Assembly: GCA_963693365.1 (NCBI GenBank)
Contig: CAVNZM010000004.1
Span: forward strand, 6,388,564-6,452,563
Source of the DNA: Amoebidium appalachense
Lineage: Eukaryota; Protista; Ichthyosporea
DNA length: 64,000 bases
Direction: 5' to 3'
The translations under genes were made by a program, and so were the position numbers. How positions within the stretch are numbered: position 1 is the stretch's first letter; every line of letters begins with the position of its first letter. The notes beneath the pieces are model-generated. The model was not told the origin of the DNA. It saw only the letters and a program-made list of their open reading frames with translations, and ran no database searches. Of this stretch, positions 22,150 to 31,800 are shown in pieces.

Positions 22150-22946
22150 ATTCTACCTCCGGCCCCAGAGGGGGGGAAATACTTCCTACGACTACAAGGC
22201 CACCGTATCCCCGGCAACATTCCCGGTACACTGAACCGGTTGAACGTCAAGGACTTCCTCACCGACATGGCCGGCAAGACCAAGGCTGTCCATACTTGCC
22301 GACCCCAGACTGCGACCAGCCGAACGGAACCCCCTCAAGCTCAACAAGGGGCCCGCACAGGCAACTACGGAGCCGTCAGAGGTCCCTGGCTATGGCCCCC
22401 TGCCTACCATGACACGGCTACACCGAGATCACCCCACCGTCGTTACACAGCCCACATGCCCCCGGTGCATCCAGCACCCGGAGACCACCACCCACCTCTG
22501 GGCCTGCCCGGCCCACGCCGGGGAGGTCCCCACCCTGACCACGGCCATCACAGCCTGCATCCACAACGTCCTGAGCACTCGTCACCCAAACACCCCCACG
22601 GCACAGCACCAACACACGGCAGCCACGGTGGTAGACCGATGTGCATGGATAAAACTGGATAGGAGGCAACGGTGACCCACCAGACACCGAGGACATCAAG
22701 TGGGTTGAACGAGGGTTCTGCCCACGATCGGTGGGCCCACTACTCACCACCGGCACTACCAAGACCACCACCCGGGCCATCATAGGAAAAATCACAGTAG
22801 AGTTGCAGTCTTTCTTCTTTTCAAAAATATGGCACCCGCGGAACACCACACTACCCCCCACCCACCCCAAAATGCAAAAACACCACCATAAAACCAGCAC
22901 CCGTAGAAAGAAGAACACGGCACCAGGGCTGTTATGGCTCGGCTAG
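22150..22946 (+). mobile_element. Decayed 3' fragment of a non-LTR retrotransposon ORF2 (C-terminal CCHC region)
   Basis: LPTMTRLHRDHP...TCPRCIQHPETTTHLWACP (Cx2C...E...H...C) and downstream KIWHPRN are typical of L1/Tx1-type C-termini; frameshifts and stops present. Confidence 0.75.
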
Positions 22947-24375
22947 CCAGCCGGCTAGTCAGCCGGAATCCTCCTCAGCCGAGCCGAGCCGAAATCGCTC
23001 CTGTAGGCAGCTTGGCTGAAATCCCCCCAACCCTTCTCCCAAGCGTGGTCTGTGACAGTCCCACAGTCTACCAATCATATAGGACAATTGTTTGCCTATA
23101 TAAGGGCTCTTAAGATCAATTTTATAGACGGCATTAAATCAGGGTTATAACTATAAGTAGTTGGTGCAGTTTTATAGGAAAAGATGAAAACTTAAAAAAA
23201 AAAAACTAAATCGCATTTTATAATTTAAAAATATAATTTAATATAGTATAATCGGTATTTTAAAATTTTAACGTTCAGCCGGCTCGAGCCGGCTAGCCAG
23301 CTGCGATGGAGGGTTTAGCCAGCTGAGCCAGCCAGAATCCTGACTTAACAGGCTGCCCTGCACTGCACGGCACCCCAAAAACCCAAGACACACAAATACA
23401 CCCCCCAAACACACCCGGCCTGCCTGCCCTGACTGCCGGACCACACACAGACCCAATGTGCCTTGCAAAACCCACCTTTTAGTTCACAAAAACATTGCCT
23501 CAAGATACGTGCAACAACACATAATGTTAGGTAGCAACCCCCCACCACCACCATCACCACACCCCATCATCCACCCATAACCACCGTAGGCTACACACAA
23601 CACTCAGGACGTCACAATACTGTAGATCGACCAATGAGAGCCCTCGGTTAACGTTTATTGCTAGGTTTTGGATGGAGGGGAGGACTGGAGCCTCCTGTCG
23701 GCGTGGCTGGGGTTAGTAGCCCTGGGCAACTTGGTGTGTACTTATAGTTAGGTTGTGAAGGATGGTTTAGCTTAGCTAAACTCATAGATAGCACCTAACT
23801 AGTGTACCGTCGGTGCTGTGTGGTAGACGGTAGTTTCCCTAGAGGGCCTGGAGAGGCTCTCCGGGAACAAAACGTGATAAAATAAAAAAATGAAAAATAA
23901 AAAAAGTTATGACTACATGTATTTACAAGGGACGCCGATGTCAGCTGCGTCACGGTGATATTAGGCCTCTGGATCGATTCTGAGTCAATGACAGTCATCC
24001 AATCTAAACGCTAAGATGATCTGGCGCGAGAATGATCATCCGCGATACTGTGGCTTGTCGGGATTTTTTTATAACGACTGTGTTTATTGGGTCACTCTTC
24101 AAAACAGAAGCAAAAGAGATACCACAGAGATCTCATAGATCATTATGACACAATAAACAACCTTGGAAGTTGTGCAGTGGCGTTGTAATTCTTGTTTCCA
24201 TCGCCGCTGGTGCCACTTTTGTGCTGAACTTTTTAATCGAAAGCATGTTGATGGGTGTGTCTTTATGTCGCGTTTTGCCTCTTTCCCTACGGGTGTCTGC
24301 TACACTGTTGGCTGGCAATGTGAACACTTTAGACTTTTTGTTGAATTATGTTGGTCGTCACATTGAGTATTTATA

Positions 24376-24640
24376 TGATTTTCACACAGTGTTCAGGTAT
24401 CTCAGTATGCACTTGTTACTGGATAACTCGTGAAGTTTTTATTGTCTTCTCAGTATGCCGTGCATACTTGCATATCTTTCCGTCGAATAAATCCAGTCAA
24501 AAGAAAAAAATGATTTCCACACAGTGTTCAGGTATCTCAGTATGCACTTGTTACTGGATAACTCGTGAAGTTTTTATTGCGGCCTTGAGTCAGTATGCTG
24601 TGCATATCTTTCCGTCGTAGTAAATCCAGTCAAAAGAAAA
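24376..24640. repeat. About 135-bp diverged tandem duplication
   Basis: CACACAGTGTTCAGGTATCTCAGTATGCACTTGTTACTGGATAACTCGTGAAG...CCAGTCAAAAGAAAA occurs twice in tandem. Confidence 0.85.
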
Positions 24641-25240
24641 ACAAACAACAATGAATAATCTTGGACACGGACGTATAAATAGATACTACCCACTGGCACT
24701 CTACAGAGAGGCGGAGTGTAAGATCAAACTTTTACTTCGCTTGATTCATCAAGCTCTATTTAGAGATGTATTTAGGCCAACTGATTGGTTGGAATAATGT
24801 TCCAACAATCAGTGGCCACTAGGGAGCCGACTATGGTATATAGGCGGCGACTCGTTCTACTTGTCTTAGCTTAAACCCCGTCGGCCCCTACTTAGCTGTA
24901 GAGGGTCGACAGACGGCAGGAGGCTCGGCTTAGCTCGGTAGGGCGGCGTGGCGCCCGGGTAGCCAGGCTGTTGTGGAGCGTAATTAGCAGTGGTGGGAAA
25001 ATCTAAATAGATAGCTATTTGCGTAGGGGTGACCTGCACCCACGGCCTGAGGGCAACTGGGCTGCGGCCCTTTCTAGTTAGGTTCTACGAGCGCGCGTAG
25101 TGCTGTAGGTAAACTGTTTGCGAGCGCGCGTAGTGCTGCAGATAGGTGTAGTGTCTCAATTTCTTCGAAGGCAGGATGGGAGTTGCAAGTGATGCATCCC
25201 AACTGCCATTGTATCAGAGAGTTCGTGCCTGTGTAGATGA

Positions 25241-26624
25241 GTGCCACGGGAGCGTGGGGGTACGTCTAAAGAAGTTTTGTTCTCAGGCTGGATTAAGCAC
25301 GGCATCACAACAGAATGGAAGAGTGCGTGTCCTGCCCCTTTTGATGCAGGTGGCTATCTGGATATCGGCGAAGTTTCAGAGGCAGAAGCGGTGGTGGAAG
25401 TTGAACGGTTAGTGAGTAAGGGGGCCCTCGAGGCAGTGCCTGAAAGCGCAAAACGGTGTGCTTCGAAGTCTTTTGGGCTGCGGAAGCCCAACGGAAGCGT
25501 CCGGCTCATTATTGATATTGTCAGATATGCGTCCTGTGAATGAATACGCCGTCGAACGTGGTGTCAAGTACGAAACCCTCAGCAACTTGCGGGCGCTCGC
25601 GCAGCCGGGTGACCACGCTTTCAGTTTCGAACTCGAAGACGGATATTTTGCACTAGCCATTCAACCCCGCTTCCGCAAGTATTTCCAAATTCGTGTGGGG
25701 GGACAACTCTACCAGTACAGGGTGCTTCCCTTCGGTTACTCCCTCAGTCCATACTTTTTCATGCGCCTTATGCGCGAGTTCGCGCGTTGGTTACGTGCAC
25801 GCGGCATCCGTACGTTGGTTTTCCTCGATGACTGGCCCATCTTCGAACAGGCGGCACGGGCACTCGACACACGCGGGGTAATGGAGCAGGAATTGAAAGC
25901 CACCGGCCTTAAGAAGCATCCGAATAAGGGTCATGATTGGGACCCAGTGAGTGCCCTCGACCATTTAGGCATCCACATAAATTTGGAGGAAGGGTATTTG
26001 TCTCCCAGAGGCGTCTTTGGAAACATTATCGGGGGAAACATCTTCTTTAATGGCTAAGGCGCGCAAAGGACGGCGGTGGGTGGAAAAGAAGCAGGTGGCT
26101 AGATGGCTAGGGTTGGTTGTTACTTTGCGTGCGGCGGTGCCTCATGTACTCACGGTTGTCCGGCCGGTGTATGGTGCTCTACGCGGCGGGAACTGGCGTA
26201 GCTTTGTGCGGTTAACGGATCGGCAGCTACGCATTATCCGAGTCGGTATAACCATGGGTATAATAGGTCGGCTTCCCCGCACGGAAATCTGGCCTGAGCC
26301 TATCACGGCCACTCTCATCACAGATGCTGCCACCTCACACGGGTGGGGGGCAGTACTACAGTTGGGCCTACCAACCACGCAGGTTGTGGAGGCTTTCGGT
26401 CGTTGGCCGGAGAGCGATGCACCGCAGGCGGCTGCAGTGGCGGAGTGCGAGGGCCTATTCGAGGCCTGGCAGGCCCGAAATGCAGGCCCTAATCCAACGC
26501 CAGCGTGTACGCTGGCAGTCAGACGCCCAGGCCGCGTTGGGCGCGGTGCGCAAAAAGGGCAGCAGCAGCCCCGCCATGCAGCGAGTGCTATGGCAGCTGC
26601 TGCAGTTGTGTTTGGAAAAGGGGC
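25241..26624 (+). pseudogene. DIRS/PAT-type reverse transcriptase and N-terminal RNase H (frameshifted)
   Basis: RKPNGSVRLIID / MRPVN...KYETL...FELEDGYF...YQYRVLPFGYSLSPYFF...VFLDDW, then LITDAATSHGWGAVL and RVRWQSDAQAALGAV...GSSS. Frameshifts near 25520, 26010 and 26470. Confidence 0.88.
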
Positions 26625-26675
26625 TGACATATACTAATCCGTCTCAGCAGATTAGCCTAAGTCTACGATCGAGAT

Positions 26676-26707
<32 letters not shown>

Positions 26708-27345
26708 GGCCCGGGTCCACAGATCATCAAGATCAAGTCCGAGGCCTCAAGATAGCTGTACAGCTGCGTGCATCTTGCCTCTGCCGGCGCAGGGCATTGG
26801 ACCACGTCAGCCGGGACAGCCGTCCAATAGAATTCTAATTAGTGTGTAGGATAGATCGTAGGAGGACTTAGGAATGTGATTGTTCGGGCAGAAGCCCTTT
26901 TGTAAGTATTGGCAAGGTTTATAGTATATGTTGCCAAACGTATTTATATATTTCGATAGTAGAGGAAAGGGGGGAGGGAGGGGGGGGAGGATAGTATGAA
27001 ATGTAGATTTAGACTCTGCGGTGCCACTAGGGGGAGGGTGAGGGGTGAGACATGGATAAATATATTAGTTGAGTAGATCGACTTAGCTCGTGCAGGCACA
27101 CGATAAAAGTAGATCGGAATGTTTGGAATGTGGCATCGTAGGGGGGCCAGGTGATGATGATCTTTGAGGGCACGGCCTTGATGGCCTCAGTCGTAACTTA
27201 GACTCAATCCGTACGGATCTAAGTTTGCCCGTCGGAGCCTGGTCTTAATAAACTTTACCGTTTTTCTGTACACGTTCGTTCCTTTTCGTGTGTGTACACT
27301 TAGTAGAGTGCCGCGTCTCTAGTACACATATATTAGGATACGACA
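26625..27345 (+). repeat. 5' LTR (721 bp)
   Basis: TGACAT...ACGACA; appears identical to the 3' LTR except for poly-G length (30 vs 41). Confidence 0.95.
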
Positions 27346-27500
27346 AGCTACACCTTTCTTTTAGTGCGGTTTTTCGCGCTAGGGTAACGCGGTGACAGTT
27401 CCTTCTGGGCTGTTGCTACACCTCAAACACACAGAAAAAAAAAAAAAAAAAAAAAAAAAAACATAAACACAACCACACGAGTTCGGGCACACACCACACA

Positions 27501-28835
27501 ATGGCTAAGTTTAACGTAGACATGTTCTACGCATTGGCAGCGGAGGATAGCTCCCTGCACACACAGGTACCACAGGTTCATACACTAGACGTTAGACAGA
27601 CCACAGCTTTCAGTTTTACACTCAAACACGACTCGGAAATACCTAGGTGGCTTAGGACACTCCTAGCTAACACACCCACACTAGTGTTAGACACAAAGAA
27701 GGCCCCCACTGTGGCGGCCTCGTGCTTAATGATCAAACAGTGCATCGACCACAAAACAATGGCCGACTTATGCACCCTGATGGAGGAGCACCCGTACCGG
27801 GCCGAGCAGGCCCCCCAGGTGACGGCTCGTATATACGAGCAGCAGTACGACGAGGGGAGGGACGAGATGGTGTCCCGGACACTCGGCCAGAAACGTCTGG
27901 CCGCACGGTTCATCCCCGACGACGAGGACGAGAACAGCACCGACGACGTGGACGGGGAGCTCGAGGCCTTCACATGGCCGGAAAACGAGCTCGAGTATAC
28001 GGCCCGGCTCGTCGGCCGATACCTGACGGCCGACCGGCGCCGTACCTTCCGGGCCCAGCTCAGAGAATGGAAGTATACCTTTCCCACTTTAGATATGTCC
28101 CCCGTAGAAGCTCGTGCATTCTTTGAGAGAGAATATCGGGTCTTTGAAGACCTTTGCGAGTTAGCTGGTGACGTGAGTGATAGGGAAAAATTCGAGTTTG
28201 CTCGTAAGGCTCTCTCTGTAAACACAGACACTGCACGCATGTTTGGGGAGCATGATGATGTAGATGAGGTGGTGTTGCATGTTAAACGTCACTTGCTTGC
28301 CATGCACGAGGTGAAGTTCAATAAGAGGGATAAAAAGGAGGTGATGGAGGTAGACAAGAAAAGGAAGGAGAGTGGACAGAAGGGGGAAAAAGAGAAAAAA
28401 GAGGGTGAACAGCCAGATGCACTCACCATGTTGGTCAAGCAGGTTGCCGAGCTCTCCCAGGCCGTCTTCTCGGGCCGAGGGGGCTTCGGCTTCCGGGGTG
28501 GCCGTGGCGGCGACCGGGGTGGACACGGCGGTCGTGGCCGAGGTGGACGTGGAGGACAACAGCAGCAGTTCACCGAGAGGTTTGCCCCTTATCTTGCTCG
28601 TGGTGCTGGGCAGGGTAGAGGGAGGGGTGGAAATGGTGGTGAGAGAGGCCGAGGGGGGCAGGGGGGAAGGGGGGGCCGTGGTGCACACGGTGGGCCCCCC
28701 CAGCATGACCGGGCTCCCGGTTATGCTTTGCGCCAAGGTTTTGAAGTCCCCCCTGGCCCCTTCTTTGGTGCATGTTACTTTTGTGGCCGGCAAGGGCACT
28801 CTGCTGCATATTGCCGTAGTTACAAGAGCTATTGA
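27501..28835 (+). CDS. gag: Gag with RGG-rich region and CCHC zinc knuckle
   Basis: 444-aa ORF ending CYFCGRQGHSAAYC; RGG repeats precede the knuckle. Confidence 0.92.
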   Translation: MAKFNVDMFYALAAEDSSLHTQVPQVHTLDVRQTTAFSFTLKHDSEIPRWLRTLLANTPTLVLDTKKAPTVAASCLMIKQCIDHKTMADLCTLMEEHPYRAEQAPQVTARIYEQQYDEGRDEMVSRTLGQKRLAARFIPDDEDENSTDDVDGELEAFTWPENELEYTARLVGRYLTADRRRTFRAQLREWKYTFPTLDMSPVEARAFFEREYRVFEDLCELAGDVSDREKFEFARKALSVNTDTARMFGEHDDVDEVVLHVKRHLLAMHEVKFNKRDKKEVMEVDKKRKESGQKGEKEKKEGEQPDALTMLVKQVAELSQAVFSGRGGFGFRGGRGGDRGGHGGRGRGGRGGQQQQFTERFAPYLARGAGQGRGRGGNGGERGRGGQGGRGGRGAHGGPPQHDRAPGYALRQGFEVPPGPFFGACYFCGRQGHSAAYCRSYKSY

Positions 28836-29151
28836 GTTCCGGGGGAGGGGGAAGCTGGGGTCACTGAGGGAGGGGGGGGGGACAGTATCGGTCCCCCCCA
28901 GGTTGCAGAGAACCTTCACCCTCCCCCACCCCAGGTTAAGCTTCCCTTTGCCCCCTCACCGCCCCGATACGTGTGGGAGCCGGGCATCGTCGTGGGTCCT
29001 CAAGACAGCGTCGAGGTGGTATGGCATGAATGTTTGTGGGGTGACTCTACCAAAGGTATGAATGGTGTGAATGTTTTGTGGTTGGGGGAGGTTCCCCAGC
29101 CACAAGTGGATGGTCTCAGTGTTTCTTGTCCCAACCCGGTGTTTATTCTAA

Positions 29152-31800
29152 CCACACCGGAGGGGGTTTCTGTGCCATTGTTTCCGGGAGGGGGGGGGAC
29201 ACACACGAGTAAAGGGGGAAGGGGGGGGGAAGGCACAGACACGTAGAAACACACCACCACAACAACATACGACGGTTGCAGACACACCTACACCCACACA
29301 CACACCCACACATACACCAAACACACACACACCACCCACCCACACATCACACACACACACTCCACCACCACCCACACCACATACACACCCCACCCCACCC
29401 GTGCAGGCACCACAGGTAGGTATGTTGCACGTAGGTATCGAGGGTGTGAGTCTTCGTGGGCAGGGATTGGGTGTGAGTGATGATGTGTTGCTTGAATTGG
29501 AGGAGGATTTAGGTGGTTTTAGCCGGCATTATATAGACGTATGGTTAGCTGATGGTAAGTTGAAGGCTGTTGCTTTGCTCGATGGAGGGGCTCAGGTTAA
29601 TTGTGTGCATGCTTCGTTTATTCGTCGTTTTAATCAGGCCGGGGGGGAAATTCCTATTTTAGATGCCTCTAGCACAGCCTTAGGTAGTGCTAATAATAGT
29701 AGTATGTCTGTGGAAGGTGTTTGTGTGTTGCCGTGTGAGATAGGTGGCCAGGCTATGCATATTGCTTGTTATGTGGTTAAGGATTTAGCTCAAAGTGTTT
29801 TGTTGGGAGCCCCATTTTTCCGTAGACATGTGAATGATTTGTTTGAACGTACGAATGTTTTAGAATTACAGTCCGGCGTTAAAATTAAAACCCATGATGG
29901 GCTCGACGGTTATCAGTCTGGTGCTAGAACGGTAGCTGAAGTAGTAATCGAGCCTTATCAGTGCCAAACGGTACGTGTCCGAGCCGGCAATCATGTTAGG
30001 ATAGGGGATTTAGGGGTTTTTACTCCGAAAACCCCATTTCAGGAGGTGGCCCAATGGACCCTTAGTAGGGTATGGCCGGATAAGACAATAGAAATAGAAT
30101 TAGTGAATCCGGGCATCGAGCCTATAGTGATTAGGTCAGGTGTTTCCGTCGGTAGTTTCACTAATGAGATTGGTAGTATAGAGGTCTCTCTTATTACCCA
30201 AAAGGAGGATGCCGGCTCGAAGGGTGACTCAGGAGGAGGGGGAACAACTTTATTTAACGTTAGCCACCAAAATGTCACCCGACACGATGGGGGGGGGGAC
30301 CGGGACAGCACCGGTCCCACTCCCCCGACCCCCAAGAGGAAGGAGGGTCACCCCGGGTGTGAGAATGTGCAGGCAGGGGGGGAGGGTGTTGGTCTAACCC
30401 GTGGATCTGACGGGTTAACCAACACCGTGGGGGGCAGGGTGGCCACAGACCTGGCCCCCTACATACACGCACTAACTCATCAGGAATTGCCCGGGGGCAT
30501 TGGTGTGCCGGGGGGAGGGGGGGGTGCTAAGGGTGACCGCCTATATCCGGAGGTACCTCAACCTCACCCCGAGCAGCACCGATGTAATACAGGAGGTGAA
30601 ATGTTAAGTGGCACTCCGGTGAATAAGGATGCATCCACTTGTGATGGGGGTAACCCGGAGTTAGTATTGCCGTTTGGTATGAAGGAGGGGGATTGGACGG
30701 TAGAACAGAAAAAATTGTTAGCTAAGTTATTTGATAGGACTCGGTTTGCATTTCTGGCCGATGATAACGAAGTAGGCTTCGTTAAAGGGTTTGAAATGCA
30801 GATCGACACAGGTGATAATAGGCCGGTAGTGATGCCTAGCTATAGAATGGAGCAGTATAAATTGTCGGATGCGCTAATAATAGTGAGTGATATGTTAAAA
30901 AAGGGTCATGTGGAGCATAGTTCGAGTCCGTGGAGAAGTCCGGTGCTATTGGTTAAGAAGCCCGACGGGTCTTGGCGTCTAGTGAACGATTACAGGGCTC
31001 TGAATCGGATCACTAAGGCAGACCAATGGCCTCTCCCTAACATAGACGAGCAGCTTTCACAGCTGCACGGCTATACTCACTTTGCTAAACTTGATTTAAA
31101 AGCAGCTTTTTGGCAGATAAGGTTGGAGGAGAGCAGCAAGGAGAAGACTGCCTTTGCACTGGGTGACCAGCTGTTCCAGTACAAGGTGGTGCCGATGGGT
31201 TTGCTCTCCTCTCCAGCTATGTTGTGCCGGGTAATGTATAAAATTCTCCACCCTCATTTGGATGTATGCCACCCTTATTTGGATGATGTTTTAATTAAAG
31301 GTAGGTCATTTGAGGAGCTAGTTAATAATTGTGAAAAAGTATTTTTAGCTTTGGGTGAGTCTGGTCTTCGCATTAGCGGTAGCAAGACTGTGATTGGTGT
31401 GCCGGAGGTTAAGTTTTTAGGTCATATTGTGTCTAGTAATGGTCTTTCCCCTGATCCGGAGAAAATCCGGGCCATAGTTGAGTGGCCCCGTCCTCAGACT
31501 GTCACTCAACTAAGGCAATTTTTAGGTTTAACTAATTATCTTCGTCGGTATATTAAGGATTATAGTATGCTTGCTTTGCCGTTAACTAGTCAGACGGGGG
31601 GGGAGAAAAAGAATAGAATAGATTGGAATGTTGATGCTGTTTCTGCTTTCGAAAAGCTTAAGTTAGCTTTGCAGTCTTCGAGTATGCTTGTTCATCCTGA
31701 TTTTTCGGCCGGGGGGGGATGTTTAAAGTTCGGTGTGATGCAAGTAAGGTTGCTGAGGGGGCCGTGTTATATCAAGTGCAGGAGGGGCAGGATAGGGTGA
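29152..31800 (+). CDS. pol: Pol, part 1: aspartic protease and reverse transcriptase
   Basis: ALLDGGAQVN protease motif; SSPWRSPVLLVKKPDGSWRLVNDYRALN, LDLKAAFWQI, VPMGL, YLDD. The frame is open from 29152; the first start-like codon is GTG at 29401. Confidence 0.92.
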   Translation, partial: PHRRGFLCHCFREGGGHTRVKGEGGGKAQTRRNTPPQQHTTVADTPTPTHTPTHTPNTHTPPTHTSHTHTPPPPTPHTHPTPPVQAPQVGMLHVGIEGVSLRGQGLGVSDDVLLELEEDLGGFSRHYIDVWLADGKLKAVALLDGGAQVNCVHASFIRRFNQAGGEIPILDASSTALGSANNSSMSVEGVCVLPCEIGGQAMHIACYVVKDLAQSVLLGAPFFRRHVNDLFERTNVLELQSGVKIKTHDGLDGYQSGARTVAEVVIEPYQCQTVRVRAGNHVRIGDLGVFTPKTPFQEVAQWTLSRVWPDKTIEIELVNPGIEPIVIRSGVSVGSFTNEIGSIEVSLITQKEDAGSKGDSGGGGTTLFNVSHQNVTRHDGGGDRDSTGPTPPTPKRKEGHPGCENVQAGGEGVGLTRGSDGLTNTVGGRVATDLAPYIHALTHQELPGGIGVPGGGGGAKGDRLYPEVPQPHPEQHRCNTGGEMLSGTPVNKDASTCDGGNPELVLPFGMKEGDWTVEQKKLLAKLFDRTRFAFLADDNEVGFVKGFEMQIDTGDNRPVVMPSYRMEQYKLSDALIIVSDMLKKGHVEHSSSPWRSPVLLVKKPDGSWRLVNDYRALNRITKADQWPLPNIDEQLSQLHGYTHFAKLDLKAAFWQIRLEESSKEKTAFALGDQLFQYKVVPMGLLSSPAMLCRVMYKILHPHLDVCHPYLDDVLIKGRSFEELVNNCEKVFLALGESGLRISGSKTVIGVPEVKFLGHIVSSNGLSPDPEKIRAIVEWPRPQTVTQLRQFLGLTNYLRRYIKDYSMLALPLTSQTGGEKKNRIDWNVDAVSAFEKLKLALQSSSMLVHPDFSAGGGCLKFGVMQVRLLRGPCYIKCRRGRIG

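Noticed and set aside
27578-28919. Long antisense ORFs over gag and the DIRS RT region
   Set aside because: Shadow ORFs of GC-rich coding sequence with no motifs.
31700-31730. Programmed frameshift between RT and RNase H
   Set aside because: It lies in a G8 run at a position where Gypsy pol is normally continuous; a homopolymer indel is more likely.
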